From: an uncultured Bacilli bacterium
Lineage (GTDB): Bacteria > Bacillota_I > Bacilli_A > RF39 > UBA660
Assembly (NCBI GenBank): GCA_947629315.1
Contig: CANRDB010000001.1
Span: 4,829 to 68,828 of the forward strand
Direction of reading: 5' to 3'
Length of the DNA stretch: 64,000 nucleotides
Shown in pieces: positions 1-13,194 of the stretch. The notes under the pieces are model-generated. The model was not told the DNA's origin. It saw nothing but the letters and a program-made list of their open reading frames with translations, and ran no database searches. The position numbers and the translations under genes were made by a program. Position 1 is the stretch's first letter; each line of letters begins with the position of its first letter.

Positions 1-1218
1 TTTCTTTTTTCTTGATGGATATCTAGTTCTAATCGTTTCATTTGAAGAAAATCAGTTGTTTTTACAACGGTTGAACCTACCTTTACCATCGCCTCCAAAG
101 GAATTTGAATAAGACAACCACTACTGGCCTCTTTCACTCTCTTTTTACCAAGATAAATGACATCTATTTCTTTTCCTACATCCTCTTTTCCTAAGATGCG
201 AATTCCATCCTGAACATGGATATCAGCAGACAATTTAATTTCTACGGTCGTCGGAGTTTTTTTGGTAACTACCCCTACCGGTACTCCCATATGATTGGGT
301 CTATATTCATTGATAAATTGGTGATAATCCTCATGAAATAAAAAGCCTTTTGTAAATCCTCTATTGAAGATCTGTAACAATTCTTCTTGATCTTGGGAAG
401 ATATCTCTATTTTTCCTGTTTGAACATAGGAGTCAATTGCTTTTCGATAAATAGAAGTAACCACATATACATATTCCGGTCTTTTCATTCTTCCTTCTAT
501 TTTGAAACTATCCACATGATTGTCAATTAAAGAAGAAAGATTTTCAAGAGTATTTAAATCTTTCGTACTTAATAAATAAGAATTGGTATTCTTTTTCTTA
601 CCATCCACAAGTAAATCGTAAGGTTGTCGACAACATTGTGCACAAGTTCCACGATTTCCACTTCTTCCTCCAATTAAACTACTCATTAAGCACTGACCAG
701 AATAGGAAATACAAAGGGATCCATGGATAAAGATTTCCATTTCTAAAGAAGTATGTTCCCGTATTTTTTTGACCAGTTCAATAGGTGTTTCTCGCGCTAA
801 TACCACCCGCTTGATTCCTAATTCTTCTAGTAGTTTTACACCCTCTAAATTGTGGACATGCATTTGGGTAGAAGCATGAATTTCTAACGAAGGATACAAT
901 TGATGAAGTAAATCCATCATACCTAAATCTTGGACAATTACCGCATCCGCAGAAATCGTTTGCAGAAACTCTACATATTCCAAAAAATGTTTTACTTCCG
1001 ATTCGTAGATTAAGGTATTAATAGTAACATATACTTTTACACCATATAAATGGGCATACGTAATGGCTTCTTTTAATTGTTGCTCATTAAAATTGGTCGC
1101 AAAACTACGCGCACCGTACAAATTTCCCGCTAAATAAACTGCATCACATCCACCTTGAATGGCAGCATACAAACTTTCCATACTACCTGCTGGCGCTAAC
1201 AACTCTGGCTTTTTCATA
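1..1218 (-). CDS. Peptidase U32 family (collagenase-like PrtC/YhbU); start codon is in the window and the 3' end runs off the window start
   Basis: Reverse-strand translation from 1218 reads MKKPELLAPAGSMESLYAAIQGGCDAVYLAGNLYGARSFATNFNEQQLKEAITYAHLYGVKVYVTINT, a typical U32 N-terminus. No stop codon before position 1. Confidence 0.7.
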
Positions 1219-1274
1219 AGACATCTCCATTCCCTCTTATTATATAGAAAAAAAGAAGATTTGAAAACGTTTTT

Positions 1275-2099
1275 TCAATCTTCTTTGATATGATTTGTTA
1301 AAGGGGCAATCGTTAACCCACGCGATTCAATATAGGAAACAATATTTGGAAATTCCTCTAGGAATTGATTAGTCACTTCATACGTCAAAAAAGTCCCCGG
1401 CTTTAAAATTTTCTTGGTCGTCTGTAATGGTTTATGACGAATTACTTGCTCGGTAGTAATAGAATAATAGTGATAATCCTGACAGAGCGTATGGAGTTGT
1501 TCATCTTGTGTAGCGCTAAAGCAAAGGAGTGGTTCTTGTTGATAGGTAAGAAGTTTCTGTCTCATGGCAAGAAAATCTTTTTCTTGATGATCTGTTAAGA
1601 GAATTTGATGACCATTTTGAATAGCCTGTTCTATTACTTCAGATTGACTTTGAAATTGATAATTCTGTAATACCAAAGACACCTTATAATCGCCTAATTT
1701 CTCTAAAACAGAAGACAAATTTTTATGATCAGTCAGAAGGATGATACTCACCATTTTTTTCTTCGCATTGCCATAGGGAATCCATTTGTCTAAATAATTA
1801 TCTAAATTAGATACCGGTTTCGTCTTTACATACTGTAAATAATCTGGATTGTAAGTACCTATCTTTTGCATTTCTCGGTAGCTCGCATCTACATCTACTT
1901 TCATAGATGGCAGTCCTGGAACTACAAATGAGTCAAAAACTAAAGCATTTTCTCCTTCCTTTTGGTATTGATTTTGATCACTCTTAATTTGAACCATAAT
2001 ATCATCTACTTCTTTGACGACGGTAGCTGTTTGATTGGTTAAGAAAAAACTAAAACAAAGAAGCGCCAAAATCCCGATATATTCAAAAAAACGTTTCAT
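1275..2099 (-). CDS. Hypothetical signal-anchored/secreted protein
   Basis: ORF-track ORF 1275..2135. The likely true start is MKRFFEYIGILALLCFSFF (hydrophobic N-terminus), preceded by TAGGTGG as RBS. No family motif recognised. Confidence 0.4.
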   Translation of the reverse strand: MKRFFEYIGILALLCFSFFLTNQTATVVKEVDDIMVQIKSDQNQYQKEGENALVFDSFVVPGLPSMKVDVDASYREMQKIGTYNPDYLQYVKTKPVSNLDNYLDKWIPYGNAKKKMVSIILLTDHKNLSSVLEKLGDYKVSLVLQNYQFQSQSEVIEQAIQNGHQILLTDHQEKDFLAMRQKLLTYQQEPLLCFSATQDEQLHTLCQDYHYYSITTEQVIRHKPLQTTKKILKPGTFLTYEVTNQFLEEFPNIVSYIESRGLTIAPLTNHIKED

Positions 2100-2188
2100 A
2101 AACCACCTACTAGAGTATATGAAAAAGGATATCATTTATCACTAATCACCAAAACAAAATCCCTGCATATTCTATTCATGAAAGGAGA

Positions 2189-2434
2189 ATGTCTATGTTT
2201 AACAATAGCAATAACATGGTTCCAAATCCTAGTATGCCAGTCTCTTACTCTCCTGCTGTCCAGGATGAACGTGTTGGGTTTTTGGGTCCATTCTTATTAG
2301 GAGGCATTACGGGAGGACTCGTTGCCCCTTTCTTCTATGGCGGAAATTATGGGGGAAACTACGGTGGTTATAACCCTCCATACTATACCAATAATTACTA
2401 CTACCCACCTTATCCATACTATGGACCTTATTAA
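2189..2434 (+). CDS. Small Gly/Tyr/Pro-rich low-complexity protein (tyrosine-rich, spore-coat-like composition)
   Basis: 81-aa ORF with a good RBS (gaaaggagaatgtctATG). C-terminal half reads GGNYGGNYGGYNPPYYTNNYYYPPYPYYGPY. Confidence 0.5.
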   Translation: MSMFNNSNNMVPNPSMPVSYSPAVQDERVGFLGPFLLGGITGGLVAPFFYGGNYGGNYGGYNPPYYTNNYYYPPYPYYGPY

Positions 2435-2532
2435 AAAGTACTGACATGGTAAACTAATTTACCAATCAATTTTTTTAGAAAGAAAATGGGTGGCGAAGAA
2501 CTGCACCAAAAAAGTCCAACCAATGGACTTTT

Positions 2533-3219
2533 TCATTTGCCTAAATATTGAAAAATTTGACTCATATCGACACTATATTCTTTATAGTTATGAGGATTAA
2601 CATACACTGGTACTTGTCTAATCTGATATTGATCTAAAACAGAATCAATTTCTTGAAAGAACCATTCACTTTGAAAGTGATAAAGGATTTGATTCTCAGG
2701 ATTTTGATACTGAGCTTCTAACCGATACGGATGTCTTCCATTAATCGTTACCTGCTCATCCAAAGATACATCCTCAATTTTTGCATAAATAATAAAATGA
2801 TAAGAAAAAATTCTTTTCTTTTTATAGGATATATAAATAGGAATCGATAAGAAGATACAACCGATTAGAGCAAAGATTCCACCGGAGAGAATAAAAACCC
2901 ATAGAGGTGCTTCCTTGATAGCGAACTCTACTATTCGATGGGGATTATTAGAGTCATAGTAGATGGTTATCTTCTCCCCCTCTTCCATCGAAGCAGAAGT
3001 AGGAAGTTTTTCTCTATAAATATCATCACCGATAGTGTATTGAACATATACAGAGCGATTGCCATTTTCATCCGTTTCCACTTTAGTCACAATGGCTTCT
3101 TTTTCAAGATAGGTACTCATCGACTTTTGAACGCTCCAAAAGGCAACCAACTCTATCGACCCTACGAGTACAAAAATAACCCCCATGAATGTTAATATTT
3201 GTTTCATACTATTCACCAT
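2533..3219 (-). CDS. Membrane protein, DUF3592-like architecture
   Basis: N-terminal TM segment, then a soluble region, then a second hydrophobic segment. Confidence 0.4.
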   Translation of the reverse strand: MVNSMKQILTFMGVIFVLVGSIELVAFWSVQKSMSTYLEKEAIVTKVETDENGNRSVYVQYTIGDDIYREKLPTSASMEEGEKITIYYDSNNPHRIVEFAIKEAPLWVFILSGGIFALIGCIFLSIPIYISYKKKRIFSYHFIIYAKIEDVSLDEQVTINGRHPYRLEAQYQNPENQILYHFQSEWFFQEIDSVLDQYQIRQVPVYVNPHNYKEYSVDMSQIFQYLGK

Positions 3220-3257
3220 TATTAGTATACCATGATTTTTCTAAATAAAAAAGGAAG

Positions 3258-4811
3258 CTATTTTGCTTCCTCTGTTGCTCTAGTTTCTCGAATGACAGTA
3301 ACCTTGATAGTACCAGGATATTGTAACTTTTCCTCAATTTGATTTTTGATATCACGAGCCACTTTATGACTAGCTACATCATCAATCTCTTCTGGTTTTA
3401 CCACTACACGAAGTTCACGACCTGCCTGCATAGCATAAGCTTTATCAACTCCAGAGATATCATTAGCAATCTCTTCCAAATCATGAAGTCTTTGCACATA
3501 GTTCTCAAGAGAATCATTTCTAGCACCAGGTCTACTCGCAGATACAGCATCCGCAATCGCCACTAATTCCGAAATAACGGAAGTAGGTGCGGTATCCCCG
3601 TGATGAGATTCAATGGCATTGATAACAACACTATTTTCTTTATAGCGTTTAGCAAGAGAACTACCAATCTCGACATGGCTACCTTCCATTTCATGATCAA
3701 TGGCTTTTCCAATATCATGAAGTAAACCAGCTCTTTTAGCAAGCATGACATTCTCCCCTAACTCGGCAGCCATAATTCCCGCTAAATGAGCGACCTCAAT
3801 AGAATGGGTCAACACATTTTGACCATAACTGGTTCTAAAATGCAATTTTCCTAATGTCTCAATGAGTTCGGAATCCATCTTCGTAATTCCTAATTCAAAT
3901 AAGGCTGCTTCTCCATACTCTAATATCTTTGCTTTCATCTCTTTTGCCGTCTTATCGTATATTTCTTCAATTCGTGCGGGATGAATTCGACCATCTTTAA
4001 TTAACGTTTCAATCGTCACCCGTGCAATTTCACGACGTAATGGATCAAAACTAGAAAGAACAATTGCCTCTGGAGTATCATCAATAATTAAATCGACACC
4101 CGTTACAGCTTCAATCGTTCGTATATTTCGTCCCTCTCTACCAATAATTCGACCTTTCATGTCCTCACTTGGTAAATCGACTACCGTTACGGTTTGCTCT
4201 GAAGATACATCACTAGCATATCGTTGCATCGAAGAAATGAGCATACTTTTCGCATTTCGATCAGCCACTAATGCGGCTTCTGCCTCTTGCTCCTTAATAT
4301 AAGTAGCAATTTCTAATGACATCTCTTCTTCTACTTTTTTCATGACAATTTCTCTAGCTTGTTCTTGATTATATCCTGCAATTTTTTCCAGTAACTCATA
4401 TTGTTGTTTTTTTATTTCTTCCACTTTTGCTTGTTCGTCTTGGATATCATTTTGTTTACTAATAAGATTATTTTCTTTCTCCTCTAAAAGATTTTCCCGA
4501 TTTTGAAGAGACTGATCCCGTCTATTAATATTCTCTTCACGAGAATCCAAGCGTTGCTCTGTCTTCTTTAATTCATTTTTTCTCTCGCGAATCTCTTCCT
4601 CGGCTTTTTTCGTAAGTTGGTTAGCTTCCTCTTTCGCTTCCGCTAAATAATCTTTTTTTATTTGTTCTGCCTCTAATTTGGCATTTCCTAATAAATCTTC
4701 CACTTTCTCAGCTGTCTTTATATTCCGTACATAATGGAAGATAAACATTACAATTATTCCAACAACAAGTCCTGCTAGGACTAGCAAAATGGAGATTAAA
4801 ATATCTGGCAT
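3258..4811 (-). CDS. rny: Ribonuclease Y
   Basis: N-terminal TM ([21 protein letters not shown]), long coiled-coil, KH region, and an HD domain ([12 protein letters not shown]). RBS GGAGGAG precedes the MPDIL start. Confidence 0.9.
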   Translation of the reverse strand: MPDILISILLVLAGLVVGIIVMFIFHYVRNIKTAEKVEDLLGNAKLEAEQIKKDYLAEAKEEANQLTKKAEEEIRERKNELKKTEQRLDSREENINRRDQSLQNRENLLEEKENNLISKQNDIQDEQAKVEEIKKQQYELLEKIAGYNQEQAREIVMKKVEEEMSLEIATYIKEQEAEAALVADRNAKSMLISSMQRYASDVSSEQTVTVVDLPSEDMKGRIIGREGRNIRTIEAVTGVDLIIDDTPEAIVLSSFDPLRREIARVTIETLIKDGRIHPARIEEIYDKTAKEMKAKILEYGEAALFELGITKMDSELIETLGKLHFRTSYGQNVLTHSIEVAHLAGIMAAELGENVMLAKRAGLLHDIGKAIDHEMEGSHVEIGSSLAKRYKENSVVINAIESHHGDTAPTSVISELVAIADAVSASRPGARNDSLENYVQRLHDLEEIANDISGVDKAYAMQAGRELRVVVKPEEIDDVASHKVARDIKNQIEEKLQYPGTIKVTVIRETRATEEAK

Positions 4812-4963
4812 ACTTAACTCCTCCATTTCTAAATATCAAGTGATTATCAACCACTCTAGTAATATTGTAAAATGGATTGCTTAATAAGTCAAGAAAAAAG
4901 TACAGGAGCTCATGTCTTTTTTAGTGAAAAAGACAAAAGAAAAGCAAAAGAATCACTTATCGT

Positions 4964-5986
4964 TTATTCTTCTGCTCCACCGATTGCAAGAGTGTCATGA
5001 CTAGCATAATATTCTCTTACTTTCGCTTCAATCTCATCCTTTTTATCAGGATTTTTCTTTAACCATTCCTTTACATTTTCTTTACCTTGCCCTACTTTTT
5101 CACCTTCGTAAGCATACCAAGAGCCACTTTTCTCTAAAATACCTGCTTCGGCTCCTAAATCGACAAGTTCACTAGTTATCGAAACTCCCTCACCATACAT
5201 AATATCAACTGTACAAGTTTTAAAAGGAGGTGCCATCTTATTCTTAACAACTTTAATATTGGCTTTATTACCAATAATGTCAGTACCTAACTTAATTTGT
5301 TCCCCTCTTCTAATTTCAAGTCGCACAGAGGCATAAAACTTTAAAGCACGTCCACCAGGAGTTGTCTCAGGATTTCCATACATCACGCCGACTTTTTCAC
5401 GCAATTGGTTAATGAAAATACAAACCGTATTGGTTTTATTGATGACACCAGACAATTTTCGCAATGCCTGACTCATCAAACGAGCTTGTAAACCAACGTG
5501 AGAATCTCCCATCTCTCCCTCGATTTCTGCTTGAGGAACTAAAGCGGCAACAGAGTCAATTACGATAACACTAATAGCACCACTACGAACAAGTGCTTCA
5601 CAAATCTCCAATGCTTGTTCTCCATTATCGGGTTGACTCAATAATAACTCGTGAATATCTACCCCTATTTTAGCAGCATATTGTGGGTCTAAAGCATGTT
5701 CAGCATCGATAAAAGCAGCACGTCCACCTCTCTTTTGAGCCTCCGCAATGGCATGAAGCGCAAACGTTGTTTTACCACTAGATTCAGGCCCGTAAATTTC
5801 AATAATTCTTCCCTTGGGATAACCACCAATTCCGAGGGCAGCATCTAACGATACTGAACCACTAGGAATGGTATCGATTTTCTGATGTTCATGTTCTCCT
5901 AATTTCATCACAGCACCTTTACCGAATTGCTTTTCAATATCTGCCATGACTTGATCAAGTGTTTTATCACCAGATGTCTTTACCAT
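4964..5986 (-). CDS. recA: Recombinase RecA
   Basis: 340 aa containing GPESSGKTT (Walker A) and canonical RecA sequence throughout. Confidence 0.95.
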   Translation of the reverse strand: MVKTSGDKTLDQVMADIEKQFGKGAVMKLGEHEHQKIDTIPSGSVSLDAALGIGGYPKGRIIEIYGPESSGKTTFALHAIAEAQKRGGRAAFIDAEHALDPQYAAKIGVDIHELLLSQPDNGEQALEICEALVRSGAISVIVIDSVAALVPQAEIEGEMGDSHVGLQARLMSQALRKLSGVINKTNTVCIFINQLREKVGVMYGNPETTPGGRALKFYASVRLEIRRGEQIKLGTDIIGNKANIKVVKNKMAPPFKTCTVDIMYGEGVSITSELVDLGAEAGILEKSGSWYAYEGEKVGQGKENVKEWLKKNPDKKDEIEAKVREYYASHDTLAIGGAEE

Positions 5987-6018
5987 AAATCTTCCTCCTT
6001 CAATCTTTCATGTCTTCA

Positions 6019-6046
6019 TTATACTACTGGATATTTTTCTTGTCAA
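6019..6046 (-). promoter_or_regulatory. Sigma-A type promoter for recA (TTGACA-17 bp-TATAAT) with a weak Cheo/LexA-like half-site just upstream
   Basis: Reverse complement reads TTGACAagaaaaatatccagtagTATAAT, a perfect -35/-10 with 17-bp spacing. CGAACAAATGTATG at 6056-6069 only partially matches GAAC-N4-GTTC. Confidence 0.5.
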
Positions 6047-6083
6047 TAGTTTTCGCGAACAAATGTATGTAATTTTTGTATCT

Positions 6084-6602
6084 TTATTTTTCCACTTTTT
6101 CTATTTTATCAACACGATACTTATGCATTTTTTTATATTGGCGCAATTTTGTAACCCAAAAATAAAAAACTGCTAAATAAAGACTATTCCACAAGATAGA
6201 AGAAACAATGCTTTGAAAATAAATGGACCATTGCCACATAGACATTCCTAAAAGAACAAAGAACACCGCTAGTACAGTACGATATAACCATATAATAGTC
6301 ATGCCGACTAAATAGGTATTCATAAAATCTATCGCTATATAGTGAAAAATCGTATGAACAAGGTAACTCACTCCTAAAAAAAGCAAAGCATGTAAAAATA
6401 AGGTATTCGTATAAGAAATATCATATAGAGCACCCAAGAGAAAAGCAATGCTATAATAAAACTTTTTAGATTGCCGAAAATAAGGATAAATAATAACTAG
6501 CGATAATAAAGTACAGAGAGGTTGCAATACTGTATGAGGCGAAACTGTACATAAAAGTATATCATCTAGTAGAAAAGACGACAATAAGACGATATAAATC
6601 AC
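6084..6602 (-). CDS. mreD: Rod shape-determining protein MreD (polytopic membrane protein)
   Basis: 172-aa multi-TM protein immediately downstream of mreC and overlapping it by 4 bp. Confidence 0.55.
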   Translation of the reverse strand: MIYIVLLSSFLLDDILLCTVSPHTVLQPLCTLLSLVIIYPYFRQSKKFYYSIAFLLGALYDISYTNTLFLHALLFLGVSYLVHTIFHYIAIDFMNTYLVGMTIIWLYRTVLAVFFVLLGMSMWQWSIYFQSIVSSILWNSLYLAVFYFWVTKLRQYKKMHKYRVDKIEKVEK

Positions 6603-7450
6603 GAAGCATCGACCTCCCGAACCAAAACAGTAACAAACGACAAATCTCCCGTAGAAGCACTTGGTTTTACAGAAACCTCTTTTGCTAAATCAAAACTATC
6701 CGTCGATACATCTTGAACGGTACCAATGAATAAACCGCTTGGAAAACGATCACTTAATCCCGTCGTCGTCACTTTCGCACTGATTGGAATATCAACATAA
6801 TCACTAATTCCCTCAATTTTATAAGTTTGCGTCTTCGCATCATAACCAGTCAATAAACCATACGCATATTTTCCTTTTGTCAATTCTATTTTCACAGATA
6901 CCTGATTCTCCAAATGTGGACTAGTTAACAACTTCACCGTACTCGTATGGGCACTAGTTTGGGAAATATAACCAATCACACCACCATTTCCCATAACCGC
7001 CATATCTACCTGAAGACCATCTTTCTCTCCTTTATTAATCGTAAATGAAGATAACCAATAAGTGGCATCTCTACCGATAACAGAAGCATGAACCACTTGA
7101 TATTGAGATAAAGAAGCATCCATTTCTAACAATTTTTTCAATTCTTCATTTTCCTTGGTCAATTCCTCAATCGTCGCTCTATTTTGTTCTTCCGATTGAT
7201 AGTCCCGCTCTAACTGTTCATGTTCTTCCACCAATTGATCGTATTTGGAAAAGAACGATAACTTATCTTGAAGAAATCGAACGGGTGTCGCAAAAATATT
7301 TCCTACTACCAAGACCGTATCTTTCACACCTTTTTCAATCCAAGATAATTTTCTATTTACAGAAATAGAATAAGCCGTAACTCCTAATAGGAATGTAATG
7401 ATAACGATCCCAATGATACCGTACTTTTTCCAGTTCTTTTGAAATTTCAT
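6599..7450 (-). CDS. mreC: Rod shape-determining protein MreC
   Basis: N-terminal TM, a coiled-coil (EEHEQLERDYQSEEQNRATIEELTKENEELKK), then a beta-rich C-terminal domain. Lies between radC and mreD. Confidence 0.7.
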   Translation of the reverse strand: MKFQKNWKKYGIIGIVIITFLLGVTAYSISVNRKLSWIEKGVKDTVLVVGNIFATPVRFLQDKLSFFSKYDQLVEEHEQLERDYQSEEQNRATIEELTKENEELKKLLEMDASLSQYQVVHASVIGRDATYWLSSFTINKGEKDGLQVDMAVMGNGGVIGYISQTSAHTSTVKLLTSPHLENQVSVKIELTKGKYAYGLLTGYDAKTQTYKIEGISDYVDIPISAKVTTTGLSDRFPSGLFIGTVQDVSTDSFDLAKEVSVKPSASTGDLSFVTVLVREVDAS

Positions 7451-7454
7451 CCTC

Positions 7455-8165
7455 TCACCTAACTTCTTCCTGTATTTTATTCTCTAAAAAACTATAATAG
7501 TTATGCTTTCCTATAATAATATGATCCAACATTTTTATTCCTAAGATTTCTCCTACTTGTTCTAATTTTTCGGTCAATTCTATATCTTCCCGACTTGGAA
7601 GAACATTCCCAGAGGGATGGTTATGACAACAAATAATCGCACTAGCAGAAACGCGATAAGCTTCTTTAAAAATCTCTCTTGGATGAACCACACTATAATT
7701 AATAGTTCCTACAAAAAGTTGTTTATCGCCAATAATCTGTTTAGCAGTATCTAGATAAACAACATAAAAATATTCCTGTTTCTTATTCCCTATCCGAGGG
7801 CGATAATATTCATAGACCATTTGACTACTCGTTAATTTTTGATGCTTGATATCGGTCTGTTCTCTCTCCATACGACGCGAAAGTTCTAGAGATGCCAACA
7901 ACGTACAAGCTTTTGAACGACCAATCCCTTTCATGTCCACTAACTGCTCATACGATAACTCTGCTAGTGCAGGAAGAGAATCCACTTTTTTCAACAATTG
8001 ACATGCCAAATCTTTAGAAGACTGATTCTGATAACCCGTCTTCAACAAAATAGCCAATAATTCTTCATTGGATAAGTTCTCTACTCCATAATGTTCTAAT
8101 TTTTCATAAGGCCTTTCTAATACCGGTAATTCTCTAATCTTCACTACCATTGACATATTCCTCAT
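7455..8165 (-). CDS. radC: RadC-like JAB/MPN domain protein
   Basis: HNHPSG JAMM motif and a helix-hairpin-helix N-terminal region. Confidence 0.8.
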   Translation of the reverse strand: MRNMSMVVKIRELPVLERPYEKLEHYGVENLSNEELLAILLKTGYQNQSSKDLACQLLKKVDSLPALAELSYEQLVDMKGIGRSKACTLLASLELSRRMEREQTDIKHQKLTSSQMVYEYYRPRIGNKKQEYFYVVYLDTAKQIIGDKQLFVGTINYSVVHPREIFKEAYRVSASAIICCHNHPSGNVLPSREDIELTEKLEQVGEILGIKMLDHIIIGKHNYYSFLENKIQEEVR

Positions 8166-8637
8166 ATTTTTCTAAAATTTGACTACTGATAGAAGAAATA
8201 ACAACCCCATCATCTGTACCTTGTAAAATCATATCATAATTTTGTAGAGACTTTAAAAACGTTGGATTGGTAACCAAAAACTCTTCTGTAATCGTATGAT
8301 AACCAATAGAACTAAAATAATTATTCATTTTAATCAAGTTGTCAGCATCTTTCGTAATACCGATATAGACATCATATTGACCATTGTTTTCTCGATAGAT
8401 ATAGTTCGTTAACGATAGTGTTTTTTTCTCCATCTCTTCTAAAGAATCATACGTATCATAACGAATAAAATAGAGCATCTCCCCAGAGTTGGAAGTCAAT
8501 TCAAGTCCACGGAAAGATTCATATTGTTCTAGAAATGTTTTTGCTAGAAAAAAACCGACGATTAATGCAATGAATATGGATAAAAAGTATTTTTTCATAA
8601 TATCACCATATTTATTGTATGTCCTCAAACTGTCCAA
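8134..8637 (-). CDS. Hypothetical signal-anchored protein
   Basis: Probable start MKKYFLSIFIALIVGFFLA; no motif recognised. Confidence 0.35.
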   Translation of the reverse strand: MDSLRTYNKYGDIMKKYFLSIFIALIVGFFLAKTFLEQYESFRGLELTSNSGEMLYFIRYDTYDSLEEMEKKTLSLTNYIYRENNGQYDVYIGITKDADNLIKMNNYFSSIGYHTITEEFLVTNPTFLKSLQNYDMILQGTDDGVVISSISSQILEKYEEYVNGSED

Positions 8638-8733
8638 AAATGTCGAATATAGGTCGAATTATTCAATATAGTAGTATAGCGATTTCCTCCTGCAAAGTCA
8701 ATTATTTTCAAGAAAAAAAGTCGACATTGTCGA

Positions 8734-11040
8734 CTACTCTTCTGAAGAATCTTTATCTCCATATTTCACAAGTACTTCTCTTGGTTTAGAACCATTCTGT
8801 GGTCCTATAATTCCTCGCTCTTCTAATAGGTCAATACAACGAGCTGCACGGTTATATCCTAAACGGAATCTTCTTTGTAATAAAGAAGTACTGGCTTTTC
8901 CCTGTTCTACTACAAAATCTACAATTTCATCATAGAGAGGCTCTTCCATCGCATCTGATTTACTTTCCACACCCGTAATAGCATGCTCCTCTTCTATGGT
9001 CTGTTCTAAAGATTTATCATAATTTGCTTTCTGTTGTTTACATACGAAATCAACAATAGCTTTCGTTTCTTCTTCAGAAATAAATGTTCCTTGAATACGA
9101 ATAGGAGTATTAACACCTTGTGGTAAAAAGAGCATATCTCCTTTTCCTAACAATTTTTCCGCACCAATCATATCCAAAATGGTACGAGAATCGATACCAG
9201 AAGATACGGCAAAGGAAATACGAGAAGGAATATTAGACTTAACAACTCCTGTAATAACATCAGTGGATGGACGTTGCGTCGCTACAATCAAGTGAATTCC
9301 TGCTGCCCGCGCCATTTGCGTAATTCTCATGATAGAATCTTCTACTTCTTTAGCAGCTACTAACATCAAATCCGCTAACTCATCGATAATAACGACAATG
9401 TATGGCATCAATTTTACCTTTTCCTCATCTGGCTTTGACTCATTTTCTTTCATCAAATGCTCATTATAACTGGTGATATTCTTGGTCCCACTACGTTCAA
9501 AAATATCATAACGATTCTCCATCTCAGCCACTATTTTTTGTAAGACAATATTGGCTTTTTTAGGATCTGTGACAACTGGCGTTAATAAGTGAGGAACCCC
9601 ATTATAGACGGATAATTCTACTTTTTTAGGGTCCACTAAAACAAGTTTCACTTCATCTGGTTTTGTACGCATCAAGATAGACGCTAAAATACTATTAATA
9701 CAAACAGACTTACCACTACCAGTAGAACCTGCTACCAATAAGTGAGGCATTTTATTAATTTCTAGGAATCGACATTCTCCTTCAATATCTTTTCCTAATA
9801 CTGCCAATAATTTTTTATCTAAAGATTTATCTTCCTCATTAGCTTTTAAAAGTACTTCTCGTACACCAACCATGGAAATGGTAGGGTTTGGAAGTTCAAT
9901 ACCAACCGTATTCTTACCAGGAATAGGCGCTTGAATACGAACATCTTTGGCCGCTAACGAAAGAGCAATCTCACGGTTAAGACCTAATATCTTACTAACC
10001 CTTGTACCCGCTTTAATCTCTAACTCATATTGAGTTACAGCAGGACCGACTTTCGCACGAACTACTTTTCCCTCAATTCCAAAATCTCTTAGTACTTGTT
10101 CTAGAGTTGGAATATTTTTCTTAATTGCCTCTTGATTTTCCTTATTACTATTTTTCGTTGTCTTATTCAAAAGATTCAATGGTGGATATTCCCAATGAGT
10201 ATTTTCTTCATAGACTTCGACTCTCGTCACTTCTCCCGTCTCTTCATCGACAACCGGTTCCATCTTTGTTTGATGCACTTCTTCTCTTGGGATAACACGA
10301 CGATTATCTTCCTCTACCTTATCATCATCCTCAGATTCATCCTCTTCGTCCTCTGATTCCTCCTCTTCCTCATCGTCATCATCAGCCTCTTCATGCTTAC
10401 GACTAGAGTGTTCCGCAATTTTATGCATCTTTTCCTTAGCCTTCATCAAGGTATCATAAATAGAGATACCTGTAAACATAATGAATCCGCAAATCATCAG
10501 AGCAATCGATACGACAATCGTACCATCTAGTGTTAAAAGAGCAACAAACAAGCTAGAGAAAATCGCACCAATTACTCCCCCTCCTAAATTAGACATAGAA
10601 GAAATGAGAGTATTGCCTTCGCTTTTGACAAAGTGCATAACACTATCAATGGTCTCAGAAACAACCGTCGTCGTATCTTTTACCAATTGAAAATGTTTGA
10701 CATCAATATTCTCTAAATGATTTAAATATGCCGTATGTGATAAAATTAACGCACAAATGAGCATAATATAAAGCCCTAAAAATTTAACATTTAAAAAGTC
10801 TGGACGTTCCCGACGGATAATCATAAAAATACCACAGATTCCTACTACAACTAGTAAAATTGCCCACCAAGTTCCCACTAAGAAAGCAGCAAACCCTTTA
10901 ATGATATCCGCAACAATTCCAAAAGGACAACATCCAATAATCGCAATTAATACTAAACCAAAACCTTTTAGTTCTGACAAATTTGTAGATTTTTCCTCTT
11001 TTGCTTTTTTCTTTTGTTTCTTCTTTTCCATCGTCATCAC
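8734..11040 (-). CDS. ftsK: DNA translocase FtsK/SpoIIIE
   Basis: N-terminal TM domain, an acidic linker, an ATPase domain with GSTGSGKS Walker A, and a C-terminal gamma domain. Confidence 0.9.
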   Translation of the reverse strand: MMTMEKKKQKKKAKEEKSTNLSELKGFGLVLIAIIGCCPFGIVADIIKGFAAFLVGTWWAILLVVVGICGIFMIIRRERPDFLNVKFLGLYIMLICALILSHTAYLNHLENIDVKHFQLVKDTTTVVSETIDSVMHFVKSEGNTLISSMSNLGGGVIGAIFSSLFVALLTLDGTIVVSIALMICGFIMFTGISIYDTLMKAKEKMHKIAEHSSRKHEEADDDDEEEEESEDEEDESEDDDKVEEDNRRVIPREEVHQTKMEPVVDEETGEVTRVEVYEENTHWEYPPLNLLNKTTKNSNKENQEAIKKNIPTLEQVLRDFGIEGKVVRAKVGPAVTQYELEIKAGTRVSKILGLNREIALSLAAKDVRIQAPIPGKNTVGIELPNPTISMVGVREVLLKANEEDKSLDKKLLAVLGKDIEGECRFLEINKMPHLLVAGSTGSGKSVCINSILASILMRTKPDEVKLVLVDPKKVELSVYNGVPHLLTPVVTDPKKANIVLQKIVAEMENRYDIFERSGTKNITSYNEHLMKENESKPDEEKVKLMPYIVVIIDELADLMLVAAKEVEDSIMRITQMARAAGIHLIVATQRPSTDVITGVVKSNIPSRISFAVSSGIDSRTILDMIGAEKLLGKGDMLFLPQGVNTPIRIQGTFISEEETKAIVDFVCKQQKANYDKSLEQTIEEEHAITGVESKSDAMEEPLYDEIVDFVVEQGKASTSLLQRRFRLGYNRAARCIDLLEERGIIGPQNGSKPREVLVKYGDKDSSEE

Positions 11041-11096
11041 CTATATTATAAGTATACCATAAAATCAGGCCGTAGAGAAGAAAAAAGAAAATAGAA

Positions 11097-11273
11097 TTAA
11101 CTATTTTCTGCTCTATTTTCAGTATCGTTTAAATTATCATTGTATATTTCATAAATTTTAGGTCCAAATAATACAGCAATCAAAACAATAATAATTACAA
11201 TAATAATAAACTTTGGCGCTGGATTTTTCATATGTGGGTCTCTTCTACTACCCATATTGTCATGTGCTGGCAT
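11097..11273 (-). CDS. Small single-TM membrane protein (below ORF-track threshold)
   Basis: Reverse strand reads MPAHDNMGSRRDPHMKNPAPKFIIIVIIIVLIAVLFGPKIYEIYNDNLNDTENRAENS*, directly downstream of eno. Confidence 0.3.
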   Translation of the reverse strand: MPAHDNMGSRRDPHMKNPAPKFIIIVIIIVLIAVLFGPKIYEIYNDNLNDTENRAENS

Positions 11274-11274
11274 A

Positions 11275-12516
<1,242 letters not shown>

Positions 12517-12615
12517 CTACGATTTCATTTTATCATATTTTTCTATAAAAAAGAAGATTTTCATCATATTCCTCAAAATTTTTTCATACACTTTATTGAA
12601 AAAAGGAGGAAACAG

Positions 12616-13113
12616 ATGATAAACAAAAAAGGAGTTTGGTTTTTAACATTATTCAGTTTAATTTTAGTTCTAAGTGTCTACTATATCACCATGCCACCAG
12701 AATTACTTGTCACTAGTAAAAAAAATCCATCTAATGACAATTCCCAACCAGTTGCCAATATGGAAGAAAGCAGTATCCTTGTCGCATTAAGAGTAGAAGC
12801 AGATGAAACAATGGAAGAAGAACTATCCTCTTTAAAGAAAATCATCAGCAATGCCGAGAGTTCTGTAGAAGATAAGAATAAAGCATTTGAAAAAATCAAA
12901 GAACTGAATTCTAATCGCAGTGCGGAAGAAAATCTAGAATCCAAAATTGAATCTACTTATCAACTCCAATCATTTGTCAAAATTAATGGCAATGTCATCG
13001 AGGTCATCGTTCACAAAAGTGAACACGACAGCAAATTGGCAAATGATATCATGAGAACCATTCAAGAAGAATTTGATACCTCTAAAAATATTACTGTGAA
13101 ATTTCAAAAATAG
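12616..13113 (+). CDS. spoIIIAH: Stage III sporulation protein AH (SpoIIIAH-like), orphan copy
   Basis: N-terminus VWFLTLFSLILVLSVYYITMPP and C-terminus NGNVIEVIVHKSEHDSKLANDIMRTIQEEFDTSKNITVKFQK closely parallel Bacillus subtilis SpoIIIAH. Comparison made from memory. Confidence 0.75.
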   Translation: MINKKGVWFLTLFSLILVLSVYYITMPPELLVTSKKNPSNDNSQPVANMEESSILVALRVEADETMEEELSSLKKIISNAESSVEDKNKAFEKIKELNSNRSAEENLESKIESTYQLQSFVKINGNVIEVIVHKSEHDSKLANDIMRTIQEEFDTSKNITVKFQK

Positions 13114-13194
13114 GCAGAATGAGACACCAAACAAATTTTTTCTCATAAAATACTATGAATATGATAAACCACCCTATCAGGAAGTGAGGGAGCA

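Noticed and set aside
3339-3751. ORFs 3339..3566 (+) and 3563..3751 (-) inside rny; also 10132..10356, 10481..10690, 11834..12052, 12410..12619, 12681..12944, 13091..13276, 17004..17234, 17918..18175 and similar short ORFs
   Set aside because: They are embedded in or antisense to strongly supported genes and have low-complexity translations, so they are frame artifacts.
6056-6069. LexA/Cheo box upstream of recA
   Set aside because: Only one half-site (CGAAC) matches well. It is kept as a weak note rather than a feature.
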